A stretch of 64,000 nucleotides of DNA from NCBI GenBank assembly GCA_963714795.1, contig CAVQPS010000009.1:550709-614708 (forward strand), read 5' to 3'. The notes below the pieces were generated by a model that had not been told where the DNA came from, made no database searches, and saw only the letters and a list, made by a program, of their open reading frames with translations. Each line of letters begins with the position of its first letter. Position 1 is the first letter of the stretch. Made by a program: the position numbers and the translations under genes. This document shows, piece after piece, positions 19,150 to 30,681 of this stretch. Source of the stretch: an uncultured Ignavibacteriales bacterium (GTDB lineage Bacteria; Bacteroidota; Ignavibacteria; UBA10030; SZUA-254).

Positions 19150-20091
19150 ATGAAACGCATTCTTGTTACAGGCAGCAACGGGTTATTGGGACAAAAACTT
19201 GCCGAGTTGTTTTCACGCAGTACGAATTATAACCTTCTGCTGACATCAAAACAGGAACATTCCGTCTTCGACGAAGAATTGATCCGCTACCGGCAACTCG
19301 ATACGACACATAAACGCAATGTTCAAAGTATCGTGGAAGAATTTGAACCGGAAGTTATCGTGAACGCAGCCGCGGTGACGAATGTCGATTTATGCGAAAC
19401 GGAACGCGAACTTGCATGGAAAGCAAACGTCGCTTCGGTTGAAAATCTCGTCTATGCCGCAAAATTGACCGGTTCAAAAATCATTCAGATCTCGACCGAT
19501 TATGTGTTTGACGGAAAAAACGGACCATACAGCGAACTGGACCGGCCGAACCCGATAAGTTACTACGGCCGGACAAAACTTGCGAGCGAAAACGTTATTC
19601 ATGCCGGCGGCATACCGTCGACAATCGTCCGAACAATGGTTCTCTACGGTGCGGGATTGAATGTGAAGGCAAATTTCGCGCTCTGGCTTGTCCAGAATCT
19701 CGGCGAAGGCAAACCGGTCCGTGTTGTCGACGATCAGATCGGCAACCCGACGCTTGCCGACGATCTCGCGTATGCCATTCTGAAAATTGTAGAAATGGAT
19801 CGATCAGGTTTGTATCATGTTTCCGGTCCCGACCTCATCAGCCGGTATGACGTTGCGATCAAGCTGGCAGAAATTTTTGGCTTCAACAAAAAATTAATCA
19901 CGCCTGTCAAGACCGCGGTGTTTAACCAACCGGCTCCGCGGCCGCTGAACTCCGGATTCATCACGCTCAAAGCGGAGATCGATCTCTATATCAAAATGTC
20001 CAATACGCGCCAGGGACTTCTCGCACTGAAAAATCAAATTGCTGCATATCAATCAATGAAAAAAATCCATATCGAAAAAGTAAAACGGTAA
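19150..20091 (+). CDS. RmlD-like NAD(P)-dependent reductase (dTDP-4-dehydrorhamnose reductase family)
   Basis: 'ILVTGSNGLLG' Rossmann motif, 'STDYVFDG', and a catalytic 'YGRTK' (YxxxK). Confidence 0.6.
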   Translation: MKRILVTGSNGLLGQKLAELFSRSTNYNLLLTSKQEHSVFDEELIRYRQLDTTHKRNVQSIVEEFEPEVIVNAAAVTNVDLCETERELAWKANVASVENLVYAAKLTGSKIIQISTDYVFDGKNGPYSELDRPNPISYYGRTKLASENVIHAGGIPSTIVRTMVLYGAGLNVKANFALWLVQNLGEGKPVRVVDDQIGNPTLADDLAYAILKIVEMDRSGLYHVSGPDLISRYDVAIKLAEIFGFNKKLITPVKTAVFNQPAPRPLNSGFITLKAEIDLYIKMSNTRQGLLALKNQIAAYQSMKKIHIEKVKR

Positions 20092-20095
20092 ATAT

Positions 20096-21361
20096 ATGCT
20101 TGACATAAAATTCATTCGTGAACATCCCGATCTCGTTCGTGACGGCATCCGGAAAAAAGGAGCCGTCGATTCTGTCGACGAAATCATGAACCTCGATACG
20201 CGGCGACGTGACATCTTACAAAAAGGCGAGGCGTTGAAAAACCGGCGTAATGTCGTTTCGGAAGAAATCGGCAAACTGAAACGCGGCGGTGGCGATGCAA
20301 GCGGCGCGATGACGGAAATGGAATCGGTCAAGAGCCAGATCAAATCGTTTGATGATGAACTTCGCGTCATCGATGAATCGTTGCGGCAATTGATGCTGAC
20401 GGTTCCGAATATTCCTCATCCGTCCGTGCCGGAAGGAAAAACTCCGGCCGACAACCAGGAAATTGCAAAGTGGGGCGAAATTCCGGTTATCGACTTCAAA
20501 CCGAAACCGCACTGGGAGATCGTGGAAAAGCTCGATATCATCGATTTCGAACGCGGCGTGAAAATTACCGGCGCCGGATTTCCGGTCTATAAAGGTCAGG
20601 GTGCAAAACTCCAGCGTGCGTTGATCAATTTCTTTCTCGATGAAGCCGGCGCACGCGGGTACAAAGAAATCCAGCCGCCATTGATGGTGAACGAAGCAAG
20701 CGCAACCGGAACCGGTCAGCTTCCCGACAAAGAGGATTTGATGTATGTCGCAACGAGAGATGGATTTTTCCTGATTCCGACTGCCGAAGTTCCCGTGACG
20801 AACATTCATCGCGACGAAATTCTTTCCGAACAGCAATTGCCGGTGAAATATTGCGCGTACACTCCGTGCTTCCGCCGCGAAGCCGGATCGTACGGCAAAG
20901 ATGTCCGCGGATTGAATCGTCTGCATCAATTCGATAAAGTGGAATTGGTCAAACTCGTTCATCCGGGCGTCTCCTACAACGAGCTGGAAAGTTTACGGCA
21001 GGATGCCGAGCAGCTTCTCCAGAAACTTGGGTTGCATTATCATGTTTTACTGATGAGCACCGGCGATATGGGATTCACGCAATCAAAAAAATACGATCTT
21101 GAAGTGTGGTCGATCGGACAGCAGAAATGGCTCGAAGTTTCTTCCATCAGCAATTTTGAGGCGTTTCAGGCGCGGCGGATGAATATCCGGTTCAAATCCA
21201 AAGGTGAAAGCAAACCGGAATTCGTTCACACGCTGAACGGTTCGGGGCTCGCCTTGCCCCGCGTTGTTGCGGCGATCATCGAACATTACCAGACGCCGGA
21301 AGGGAAAGTGATCGTTCCGAAAGTTCTGCAGAAATATACCGGCTTCGACGTGATCGGCTAA
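20096..21361 (+). CDS. serS: seryl-tRNA synthetase
   Basis: N-terminal coiled-coil 'MLDIKFIREHPDLV' and class II motifs ('FRRE...GLNRLHQFDKVE'). Confidence 0.9.
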   Translation: MLDIKFIREHPDLVRDGIRKKGAVDSVDEIMNLDTRRRDILQKGEALKNRRNVVSEEIGKLKRGGGDASGAMTEMESVKSQIKSFDDELRVIDESLRQLMLTVPNIPHPSVPEGKTPADNQEIAKWGEIPVIDFKPKPHWEIVEKLDIIDFERGVKITGAGFPVYKGQGAKLQRALINFFLDEAGARGYKEIQPPLMVNEASATGTGQLPDKEDLMYVATRDGFFLIPTAEVPVTNIHRDEILSEQQLPVKYCAYTPCFRREAGSYGKDVRGLNRLHQFDKVELVKLVHPGVSYNELESLRQDAEQLLQKLGLHYHVLLMSTGDMGFTQSKKYDLEVWSIGQQKWLEVSSISNFEAFQARRMNIRFKSKGESKPEFVHTLNGSGLALPRVVAAIIEHYQTPEGKVIVPKVLQKYTGFDVIG

Positions 21362-21555
21362 AACCGAAAAGGACGTTTGTCAGATTCGGGCTTTTCCGGG
21401 AATATGTAACCGTTGCCCGAAAATGTATCCATCAAATTCTCCGGAAAATATACCACCGGATTCACCGCGTTAATTATTGCAGCGTAAAATTCCCATCATT
21501 CCGAAATTCTTCGTATCTTAAAAGACATGATTTGTCCCGACGTTCATTACAATAG

Positions 21556-23316
21556 ATGAAACCGCTTTTTCGACTTAAACCGTATTTAATCCGTTACCGG
21601 AAAACGTTGTTGCTTGGGCTCCTCACCGTCGTTCTTAGCAATGCGTTCAACGTGGTTCAACCGCGGCTGGTCGGTCTGGCAATCGACAAACTGAAAACCG
21701 GCATCGAGTTGCAAAAGATCGACGAATCGGGATTGATCACCTACGCCTGTTTGATTGTCGGACTGGCGCTCATCGCCGGATTTTTTACATTCCTGACGCG
21801 GCAAACGATCATCGTCGCATCGCGGCATATCGAATTCGATATGCGCAACGATTTTTTGAGCCACATACAAAAACTTTCGCTTTCCTATTTTCAAAATACG
21901 CCGACCGGCGATTTGATGGCGCATGCAACCAACGACATCAATTCGGTCCGCAACGCGCTCGGTCCCGGCATCATGTATCCGACCGATACGTTGATGACAT
22001 TTTCCATGACACTCGTGATGATGTTCTGGGCAGATTGGCAATTGACATTGCTCGCCCTGATTCCTCTTCCGCTGGTGTCGTACGCGGTCTACAAACTCGG
22101 CAAACTCATTCATGAAAAGTTCGAAGGACGGCAGGAACAATTTTCGCGCCTAACCATGCGCGCTCAGGAAAATCTCTCCGGCATCCGCATCGTGAAAGCG
22201 TACGTTCGGGAAAAATATGAAATCGACCGATTCGATGAATTGAGCCGGGATTATTTGAGACGAAACCTCGTACTGGCGAAAATCCAATCACTGATGTGGC
22301 CGCTCATGTTTTTGCTTGTCGGATGTTCTCTGGTGATTGTCGTGTACGTCGGCGGGCTCAAAGTGATCAGCGGGCAAATTTCTATCGGCACGTTGACGGC
22401 ATTTTTCGGTTACCTGACGCTGCTGATCTGGCCGATGATCGCGTTCGGTTGGGTGGTGAATATTTTGCAGCAGGGCGCGGCGTCGATGGAACGTCTTTCC
22501 AGAATTATGGATACGAAGCCGGATATTGCCGATTCCAATGCGACGACGCACAGTATCAAGGAAATTAACGGGGCAATCGAATTCCGCAACGTCTCCTTTA
22601 TACATAAAAGTGCACCGTCGCCGACACTTCGCAATATCGATCTGAAAATTCCTGCCGGAACGACACTTGCCATTGTCGGCTATACCGGTTCCGGCAAAAC
22701 GACGCTCATCAATTTGATCCCTCGATTATACGATGTGACCGACGGAGAAATTCTGATCGACGGGCACAACATAAAAACGATTCCGCTCGACGTCTTGCGG
22801 ACGAACATCGGTTATGTCCAGCAGGAAACATTCCTTTTTTCCGACAGTATTCTCGACAATATTTCCTACGGCGTCGATAACGGTACCGAAGATCATGTGC
22901 GCAGCGCGGCAGAAGTTTCCCAAATTGCAAAAGATGTAACCGAATTCCCGAAAGGATACGCGACGATGATTGGCGAGCGGGGAATTACGCTTTCCGGCGG
23001 GCAAAAACAGCGCGCGAGCATCGCACGTGCCGTGATGCGCAATCCGAAAATTTTAATCCTCGATGACGCACTTTCCGCCGTCGATACGTATACGGAAGAA
23101 GAAATTCTGAAACGCCTCAAGCAGGTGATGGCAAACCGGACAAGCATCATCATCAGTCACCGCATTTCGACAGTGAAAGAGGCCGATATGATTATCGTAC
23201 TCGACAACGGTGCCATCAGCGAACGCGGCACACATGATGAGCTTGTTGCCCACGGTGGAATTTACGCGGAGCTCTATGAGAAGCAGTTGCTTGAAGAGGA
23301 ACTTGAGCAGTTGTAA
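21556..23316 (+). CDS. ABC exporter, fused permease/ATPase (MsbA/MdlB type)
   Basis: Six N-terminal TM helices, Walker A 'GYTGSGKTT', the signature 'LSGGQKQR', and Walker B 'ILILDDALS'. Confidence 0.85.
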   Translation: MKPLFRLKPYLIRYRKTLLLGLLTVVLSNAFNVVQPRLVGLAIDKLKTGIELQKIDESGLITYACLIVGLALIAGFFTFLTRQTIIVASRHIEFDMRNDFLSHIQKLSLSYFQNTPTGDLMAHATNDINSVRNALGPGIMYPTDTLMTFSMTLVMMFWADWQLTLLALIPLPLVSYAVYKLGKLIHEKFEGRQEQFSRLTMRAQENLSGIRIVKAYVREKYEIDRFDELSRDYLRRNLVLAKIQSLMWPLMFLLVGCSLVIVVYVGGLKVISGQISIGTLTAFFGYLTLLIWPMIAFGWVVNILQQGAASMERLSRIMDTKPDIADSNATTHSIKEINGAIEFRNVSFIHKSAPSPTLRNIDLKIPAGTTLAIVGYTGSGKTTLINLIPRLYDVTDGEILIDGHNIKTIPLDVLRTNIGYVQQETFLFSDSILDNISYGVDNGTEDHVRSAAEVSQIAKDVTEFPKGYATMIGERGITLSGGQKQRASIARAVMRNPKILILDDALSAVDTYTEEEILKRLKQVMANRTSIIISHRISTVKEADMIIVLDNGAISERGTHDELVAHGGIYAELYEKQLLEEELEQL

Positions 23317-23438
23317 GCAAGTTAAAATTTAAAAGTAAAATTAAAAAAATTGAAGTAAACATTAATGGTATCATTATTGAATTTTATAGAATCTAAAACG
23401 TATTTTTTCCTTTTTCATTTTGACTTTTGAATTGATTT

Positions 23439-25244
23439 ATGCAGGACGAAGAAATACTCGGTAAGGCATACGACAGTCGCTTGATGAAGCGGTTGCTGAA
23501 GTATATCCGTCCGTACAAATGGCAGGTGGCGCTCGGTATTTTCCTGAGCATCATCGTGTCGGCGATGGAAGCGGTGCGCCCGTGGTTCACCAAACATGCC
23601 GTCGATGTGAATATTGCGGACCACGATTCACACGGCTTGCTGATGACCGCCTTTGCGTTTCTCGCTGTTCTTATTATGCGAGGTTTTGTTCAATATATCA
23701 ACGCGTATCTTACGCAGTGGATCGGTCAGCAGACTATTTTCGATTTGCGGATGGAATTGTACACGCATCTGCAGCGGTTAAGCCTGAAATTTTTCGACCG
23801 TAATCCTCTTGGAAGACTTATCACGCGCGTCACGAACGATATCGAAGTGCTGAACGAAATGTTCTCATCCGGTATCGTTATGGTCTTCAGCGACGTGTTC
23901 ATGATTGCCGGCATTCTCTATTTCATGTTCTCGATGAGCTGGAAACTTGCGCTGGTTTCTCTTTCGGTTTTGCCGCTGTTGTTTTACGCAACATTCCTTT
24001 TCAGAAAAAAAGCGCGCGAAGCATACCGTGAAGTCCGTATCCAGCTTGCGCGCATCAATACATTCATGCAGGAACATATCACCGGTATGATGGTCGACCA
24101 GATTTTCAATCGCGAAAAGAAATCATTCAAGCAATTTTCCGACATCAACGGACTTCACCGCGACGCGAACATCAAATCGATTTTCTATTACGCGTGGTTC
24201 TATCCCGGCGTCGATCTCATCGGCGCAATCGCTGTCGGATTGATCGTGTGGTATTCCGGACTGAGTGCTTTGAAAGGTTCGATCACCATCGGGGCAGTGA
24301 TGGCGTTTCTGCAATGGAATGAAATGTTCTGGCGTCCGATCCGTGACCTTTCGGAAAAATACAACATCATGCAAACAGCGATGGCGTCGTCGGAACGCGT
24401 ATTTAAATTGCTTGACGATCAAACGCTGATTCCGAATCCGGAACATCCCGTGCCGTTTACCAACGTTCAAGGGAAAATCGAATTCAAGAATGTCTGGTTC
24501 GCGTATGTCGATGAAGATTGGGTGCTGAAAGATGCTTCGTTCACGATCGAGCCGGGGGAAACGGTTGCCATCGTCGGTCACACCGGTGCCGGAAAAACGA
24601 CGATCATCAATCTTCTCTGCCGGTTTTACGAATTCCAGCGCGGGCAGATTCTTGTCGATGGTATCGATATCCGCACGATCAATGTTGAAGACCTTCGCCG
24701 TCATCTTGCGATCGTTCTGCAGGATGTGTTTCTCTTTTCCGGCGACATCAGTTCCAATATCAACCTCGGCAACGAAGGAATTTCCGGCGACCGCATCAAG
24801 GCCTCGGCGCGGGTGGTCGGCATTCATCATTTCATCGAACGTCTTCCCAATCAATATCATGAAGAAGTGAAAGAACGCGGGGCAACACTTTCTGTCGGTC
24901 AGAAACAGTTGATCTCGTTTGCACGCGCGCTTGCACACCAGCCGAAAATTCTCGTGCTCGATGAAGCGACCTCGAGCATCGATACCGAAACCGAAATTCT
25001 CATCCAGCAGGCGATCAAGAAACTTCTCCAGGGAAGAACATCGATCGTGATCGCTCACCGGCTCTCGACGATTCAGCGCGCGAATAAAATTATCGTGATG
25101 CACAAAGGGGAAATCCGCGAGATGGGAACGCACCAGCAACTGTTGTCGCTGGGCGGCATCTATTATAAGCTCTACAAATTACAATACAAAGAACAGGAAG
25201 CAACGGTTGCCGCGAACAGCGGCACGCCAAAGGAGGTTGTATGA
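23439..25244 (+). CDS. ABC exporter, fused permease/ATPase (heterodimer partner)
   Basis: Walker A 'GHTGAGKTT', signature 'LSVGQKQL', and Walker B 'ILVLDEATS'. It is adjacent to and co-directional with the preceding exporter. Confidence 0.85.
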   Translation: MQDEEILGKAYDSRLMKRLLKYIRPYKWQVALGIFLSIIVSAMEAVRPWFTKHAVDVNIADHDSHGLLMTAFAFLAVLIMRGFVQYINAYLTQWIGQQTIFDLRMELYTHLQRLSLKFFDRNPLGRLITRVTNDIEVLNEMFSSGIVMVFSDVFMIAGILYFMFSMSWKLALVSLSVLPLLFYATFLFRKKAREAYREVRIQLARINTFMQEHITGMMVDQIFNREKKSFKQFSDINGLHRDANIKSIFYYAWFYPGVDLIGAIAVGLIVWYSGLSALKGSITIGAVMAFLQWNEMFWRPIRDLSEKYNIMQTAMASSERVFKLLDDQTLIPNPEHPVPFTNVQGKIEFKNVWFAYVDEDWVLKDASFTIEPGETVAIVGHTGAGKTTIINLLCRFYEFQRGQILVDGIDIRTINVEDLRRHLAIVLQDVFLFSGDISSNINLGNEGISGDRIKASARVVGIHHFIERLPNQYHEEVKERGATLSVGQKQLISFARALAHQPKILVLDEATSSIDTETEILIQQAIKKLLQGRTSIVIAHRLSTIQRANKIIVMHKGEIREMGTHQQLLSLGGIYYKLYKLQYKEQEATVAANSGTPKEVV

Positions 25245-26693
25245 AACGGTCATTGTGGTGCGTAATGCCCTGTGTCATTTTATCCTGCACGAATATTTTT
25301 GCTCAGCCAAAACAAATCAATGCGAGCGATCGTACATCGGTCGATCTGACAATTTATAATGATAATCTTTCTCTCATCCGGGAAGAACGGTCGATCGACC
25401 TGCCGAAAGGATTGAGTCATGTCGTCGTTCCCGATATTCCCGCCACCATCGACGGTACATCGCTTCACTTTACAAGTTTGACCGATCCGCTTGCAGTGCG
25501 GGTGCTTGAACAGAATTACGAATACGATCTCGTGAGCCGCGAGAAATTGCTGGAACGGTATGTCGGAAAGGAAATTCAGTTCGGCGGCGTGACCGGAAAA
25601 CTTCTTGCTGTCGGTTCGCAATCCGGTTTCACGGGACAAAATCTCGGCATGGTCGCGGAAATCAACGGGAAAATCGAATTGAATTCAAGCAATCAAATCA
25701 CCTTGCCGAAATTGCCGGAAGGATTGATTCTGAAACCGCAGCTTGAATGGCTCGTCAGCAATACGCATGAAGGCGAGCATAAAACGGAAATCAGTTATCT
25801 CGCCGGACAGCTTTCGTGGAGCGCTAATTATGTAGCGTTGCTCGATAAGTCGGATACGAAACTCGATCTGACCGGCTGGGTGACGCTGACGAACAATTCC
25901 GGGACGTCGTTTCATGATGCCGGATTGAAGCTGGTTGCCGGAGACGTCAATCTTGTACGGGATCAGTTCAATCGCGGAATGGCGAAAGGTGGCGGAGTAA
26001 TGGCTATGGAAAGTGCTGCGCCGCAATTTAAACAAACGGATCTGTTTGAGTACAAATTGTATACGCTTCAGCGTCGTACCGATCTCAACACCAGTGAAAC
26101 GAAACAGATCGAACTCGTCAACGGTCGAAACGTTACGGCGAAAAAATCGTTTGTCTACGACGGGCTTGCCGATCAGTGGCGATACTGGTTCAACGATTAT
26201 TCGAGCCGCAACCAGAGCACGTTTGGTCAGCAATCGAATGCGAAAGTCGGTGTGTATGTGATGTTCCGGAATGATGAAAAATCCGGACTCGGCATTCCGT
26301 CTGCCGAAAGGAAAAATCCGCGTGTACAAACAGGACGACGACGGCAAAGAACAGTTCATCGGCGAGGACGAAATCGATCATACGCCGAAAGACGAAGAGC
26401 TTCGTTTGTATTTGGGAAATGCTTTCGATATCGTCGGCGAGCGTGCGCAGTCGGATTTCAAACAACTGCCGAAAGGCGCCGAAGAAACGGTACGGATCAA
26501 AGTGCGCAATCACAAAACGGAGCCGGTGGAAGTTCAGATCTATGAACATCCGTGGCGCTCGAGTCAATGGGAAATCATACAAAACTCAGCCGATTTCGTG
26601 AAGATCGATCAATCGACCATAAAATTTCCGGTGACGATCGCAAAGGATGAAGAAAAAACCGTCACCTATACGATCCGGTATTCGTGGCAATGA
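25241..26693 (+). CDS. DUF4139-like secreted protein, apparent +1/-1 frameshift near 26285
   Basis: The signal-peptide ORF 25241..26545 becomes Arg-rich nonsense after about 26290. The overlapping ORF 26271..26693 carries the plausible continuation 'RLPKGKIRVYKQDDDG...TYTIRYSWQ'. Confidence 0.5.
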
Positions 26694-26774
26694 ACGGAAA
26701 CTTGTTTGATTTTCGTATTGTTCACTTCTCAGGATAAAGAAATTAATCACAATCATATTCACGAAAGGAAACAA

Positions 26775-27939
26775 ATGAAACGCACTATGTACCTGTTCAT
26801 CGTGGCAACGATGGCTGTCTGTTCAGTCACGTTCGGTCAAACTGTCAAAAAACCGGATAAGCCGGATCATTATTTTCTGACCAAGCTCGGCAATGATACG
26901 CTTGCTGTCGAAGAATTTTCGATCAACAGTCATGAAATCCAGGGAACGAGCATTGCGCGCGCGCCTCGGCTGACCGTCCGAAAATACAAAGCAACGTTCG
27001 GCGATAACGGCATGTTGGAGCATTTTCACGTGACGTACCAGCGGTTCAGCGGACAAGTTTCTTTCGGAGCGGGATTATACGTACACGAACGACAGCGTTT
27101 ATGTCGTGAACAAACAGGATACGATGACCACGAAATATTCTGTGGCAACTTCCGAGCATCCCTTTCCGCTTTTTTATGATATTTTTGCCGGATGGCAGGC
27201 AACAGTGCAGAAAGCTTTGAACTCAAAAGGTAAAAAAGAATTTTCAATTCTTGCCGGCAGACAAGTTTACCATTATGATGTTCAGGAAACTGCGCCGGGC
27301 AAATTTGATCTGGTGATGCCGATCGGCGAGTTCAGTCCGTTGCACGTTGTGGTCGGCAAAGGAAACGAAATTGAATCGTTTGACATGACGGCAACGACGG
27401 ATAAAGTTGTCGTTGAAAAAACTGTTGAACTTGATGTGAAGGAGGCGGTGATACGCTATGCCGCTGCCGAAAAAGCAGGCAAACAGCTCGGTGTACTTTC
27501 GCCGGGAGACAGTGTCCGAGCAACGATTAACGGAGCCAAAATTTTCATTAGTTATAGCAGACCATCGATGCGGGGACGCACGATATTCGGACAGGTTGTT
27601 CCGTGGGACATCGTCTGGCGCACCGGCGCAAATGCAGCAACGCAACTTGTATCCGATAAAGATCTGACGTTCGGAACGACGGTTGTTCCGGCCGGAACAT
27701 ATACGTTGTTCTCGCTTCCGTCACAGTCCGGCTGGAAGCTGATCATCAACAGCCAGCACGGGCAGTGGGGAACGGATTACGATCAGAAAAAAGATTTTGC
27801 GCGGCTTCCGCTCACCGTGAAAAAGATCGATGATGCAGTCGAGCAGTTCACATTTGAAATAACTTCGGAAGGTTCAGGCGGAACGATTCATATGAAATGG
27901 GAAAACACGGACGCATCGATTCCGTTTTCGGTGAAATAA
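26775..27939 (+). CDS. DUF2911-like secreted protein, apparent frameshift at about 27035..27105 (could instead be two overlapping genes)
   Basis: The N-terminal signal-peptide ORF (frame 1, from MKRTMYLFIVATMAV) runs into the ORF 27106..27939, which carries 'GANAATQLVSDKDLTFGTTVVPAGTYTLFS'. The second ORF lacks its own signal peptide. Confidence 0.45.
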
Positions 27940-28070
27940 ATTAGTTTGATGGTTCCGTGCCGCCAAGACGGCACGGAACATCTGTTTGATGCTATCGGTG
28001 GTATTAATACGATCGGGCATGAAGGATATAACTTGCGCATTTCAGATTTCTCTACTATCCCTTTTCCTTC

Positions 28071-28841
28071 TTAGTGATGTACAGTATATAGCTTACAAAA
28101 GTAATCACGGCAAAGTAGACGATTGCCAGCGAATGAAAGTCCACTGTTGGTACGACGACATTGCCTCCTGGCTGGTCCTTCAAATAATTGAACATGCAAT
28201 AGGTATACGGGATCAGGTAACCGTAATTCCACGACAACGCGCTCAGCGCTCCGATCCAAAATAAGAATCCCAGTCCGACCGGCACAAGAAAATTCTTGAA
28301 TTTCAAACTTATCAGGTATTGAAGTGCAATGATCGGGCAGGCAGTCAATAAAATAAAACATGTTCTCTTTGAGAAAGAACATGGTGGGAAAAGGATCGTG
28401 CGGATACGGCACTCCGCTTACGAGAAGGTAGGGAACCACAGCCGACAAATATATCCCGATATTAAATAAAATAAAAAACTGAACCATCATAACGATGATA
28501 ACGACAAGCTTCGAAAAGAAAGTTGTTGTAAGGTTCAGCGGGAGTGTATGCAGTTGCTTCCACGTGTTGTTCTTGTACTCGATTTGAGTGATTAAACTTG
28601 TCGCAAGTATAACACCCAGCGGCAATAAGAAAATCGCCATCGATTCCCACGAATTCTTCCAGAGCAGTTTCCAGAACCCGTCGGCGGAATACAACGCCTG
28701 GAGCGTATCGTGACGCACCAATCTCGCGATGATGATAATTGCCGGAGTGAAGAAACCGCCGACGACAACAATCCACGACGCAAGGCTTCTTTTTTTCTTC
28801 AGCCACTCACTCTGAAAACTATGGATGAAAGAGATTGCCAT
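28071..28841 (-). CDS. ABC-2 type transporter permease
   Basis: 256 aa, polytopic membrane protein, immediately downstream of the ABC ATPase gene on the same strand. Confidence 0.6.
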   Translation of the reverse strand: MAISFIHSFQSEWLKKKRSLASWIVVVGGFFTPAIIIIARLVRHDTLQALYSADGFWKLLWKNSWESMAIFLLPLGVILATSLITQIEYKNNTWKQLHTLPLNLTTTFFSKLVVIIVMMVQFFILFNIGIYLSAVVPYLLVSGVPYPHDPFPTMFFLKENMFYFIDCLPDHCTSIPDKFEIQEFSCAGRTGILILDRSAERVVVELRLPDPVYLLHVQLFEGPARRQCRRTNSGLSFAGNRLLCRDYFCKLYTVHH

Positions 28842-28844
28842 GCC

Positions 28845-29751
28845 TTAATTGTTCACCATGTCGATAAAAATCGCTTCCAGATCGTTTTTCATCACACTCA
28901 TTTCATACACTTCAATGCCGCTCTCCACCAATTGTTCATTGATCCGTGCGATGATTTCTTTTGAAACAGCCGGGATAACAATCTTTCCGTTTTTAATGAT
29001 CGGTTGTAGATTATTTTCCTCGATGATTTGTACCGTTTTTGGATTGATTGTTCGTTTCAAAGACGATGGATATCGATTGTTGCTGTTTGCTTTTTAATTC
29101 ATCCAGCGTTCCTTCGAACATCATTTTCCCTTTGTTGATAATGCCGACATGGGTCACCAATCGTTCTATTTCGGAGAGAATGTGGCTTGAGATGATGACC
29201 GTAATTCCGTTTTCCTGATTGAGCTTTTTCAATAATTCCCGGATCTCGATGGTGCCGTTCGGATCCAAACCATTCGTGGGTTCATCCAGAATCAGCAGGG
29301 ACGGTTCGTGAAGGAGAGCAATGGCAATGCTCAGTCGCTGTTTCATTCCGAATGAGAATTGACTTGCTTTCTTTTTGCCGGTATTGGTCAGGCCGACCAA
29401 CGTGAGAACCTCCTGAATTCGTTCTTTCGGGCATCGATAGATTTTTTGCAGAAGGGCCAGGTTTTCAACGGCCGTGAGATGCCCGTAGAGGGAAGGACTT
29501 TCGATCAGTGAACCGACATTTCTTAAAATTTCGATGCGGTTTTTCTCGAACGGTTTTCCAAAAATGGAAATGCTGCCTGTTTGTTTTTTAAGCAATCCCA
29601 GTATCAACCGTAACGTGGTGGTTTTGCCGGCACCGTTCGGTCCGAGGAAGCCATACAGCGAACCTTGTTCGACGTTGAGATGTAAGTCGTTAAGAACGAA
29701 TTCTTCGCCGGTAAAACTAAAGGTAAGGTTTCGTGTTTCTACTATTGTCAT
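28845..29751 (-). CDS. ABC transporter ATP-binding protein (ABC-2 partner), apparent frameshift at about 29030..29060
   Basis: Walker A 'GPNGAGKTTT', signature 'FSFGMKQRL', and Walker B 'LLILDEPTNGLD'. The typical C-terminal tail '...NDLEAIFIDMV' is in a different frame (ORF 28845..29060). Confidence 0.8.
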
Positions 29752-29946
29752 TTAAACTCTTGTTACAGCCGTATACATAGGGTTCTATTGTTTAAGGCAC
29801 AACGATTGATCCGTTGTCTTGTACGGTATGAAAGGCGGACTGTTTCGTTTTTGTCTCTCGGAAAAAAAGTTGAGCAGCAGATAATTTTGATGAACCGGGG
29901 TTGGGCGTAGTCGCACTTTTCGATGGAAGGCGGCAATTTTTTTTCA

Positions 29947-30681
29947 TCAACAGTCATCGTTCAGATAAATTCCACCGCCGGCAGAAAGCCCGCCGGGATT
30001 CATCACGGAGGCATACACGCCGGCGCAATTTTGCCGCGAACGGGCGATTGTCTTGAGAATGCGCGGTTCCGCGACTGCCGTTTCGGGATCGAGGTTCACC
30101 ATGACACAGCGAATATCGTTGACTGTCACCCGCACCGATGGTGCGTCGGCGTGATTGCCGAAGAAAACTGTTTTGCCGGTCCAGGCGTCTTCGCGAACGG
30201 GTGCGTTACCGGTCGGCTCGATAAGAAGATTTGGGCGAAACCGGCGCGCGTCTAAATTTCCGCAGCCGGATTCTGTTTCGAGCATCGCGAGAGTTGTCGT
30301 GCTTATCATTGAAACGGGAGCGTCGTCGAAAATGCCGTTGCCCATGCGCATCAGCGTAATCTCCGACCCGAATGTCGCCGCAATTTGCTGACGCAGTGAT
30401 TCATGCCCAACCTCGGTGTCCTCACCGTCCGGTGTGCGCACGCGGACAATCGGCGATGAAGAATTGCCGCCATCGACATGGTACGCTTTGTAGCGGATGA
30501 GTTCCGGCATTTTGCTGGCGGTAAGCCACGGCATGCCGCTCATATTTCCCGTGCGCATGAACGCGAAACGGCGGTCTCCTTCGATACCGTGCCAACCGAG
30601 TTCAGCCGACGGTAGTTCTTCGCCCGCCATCGATTTGACGGGATAACGGTAGATCGATTTTATGATGCCGACCTGGTGCAT
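29947..30681 (-). CDS. MOSC-domain protein (YcbX-like)
   Basis: N-terminal beta-barrel 'IYRYPVKSMAGE' plus a MOSC domain with a conserved Cys region, 244 aa. Confidence 0.8.
   Translation of the reverse strand: MHQVGIIKSIYRYPVKSMAGEELPSAELGWHGIEGDRRFAFMRTGNMSGMPWLTASKMPELIRYKAYHVDGGNSSSPIVRVRTPDGEDTEVGHESLRQQIAATFGSEITLMRMGNGIFDDAPVSMISTTTLAMLETESGCGNLDARRFRPNLLIEPTGNAPVREDAWTGKTVFFGNHADAPSVRVTVNDIRCVMVNLDPETAVAEPRILKTIARSRQNCAGVYASVMNPGGLSAGGGIYLNDDC

Noticed and set aside
24123-25139. 338-aa minus-strand ORF inside the second ABC exporter.
   Set aside because: It is antisense to canonical ABC motifs on the plus strand.
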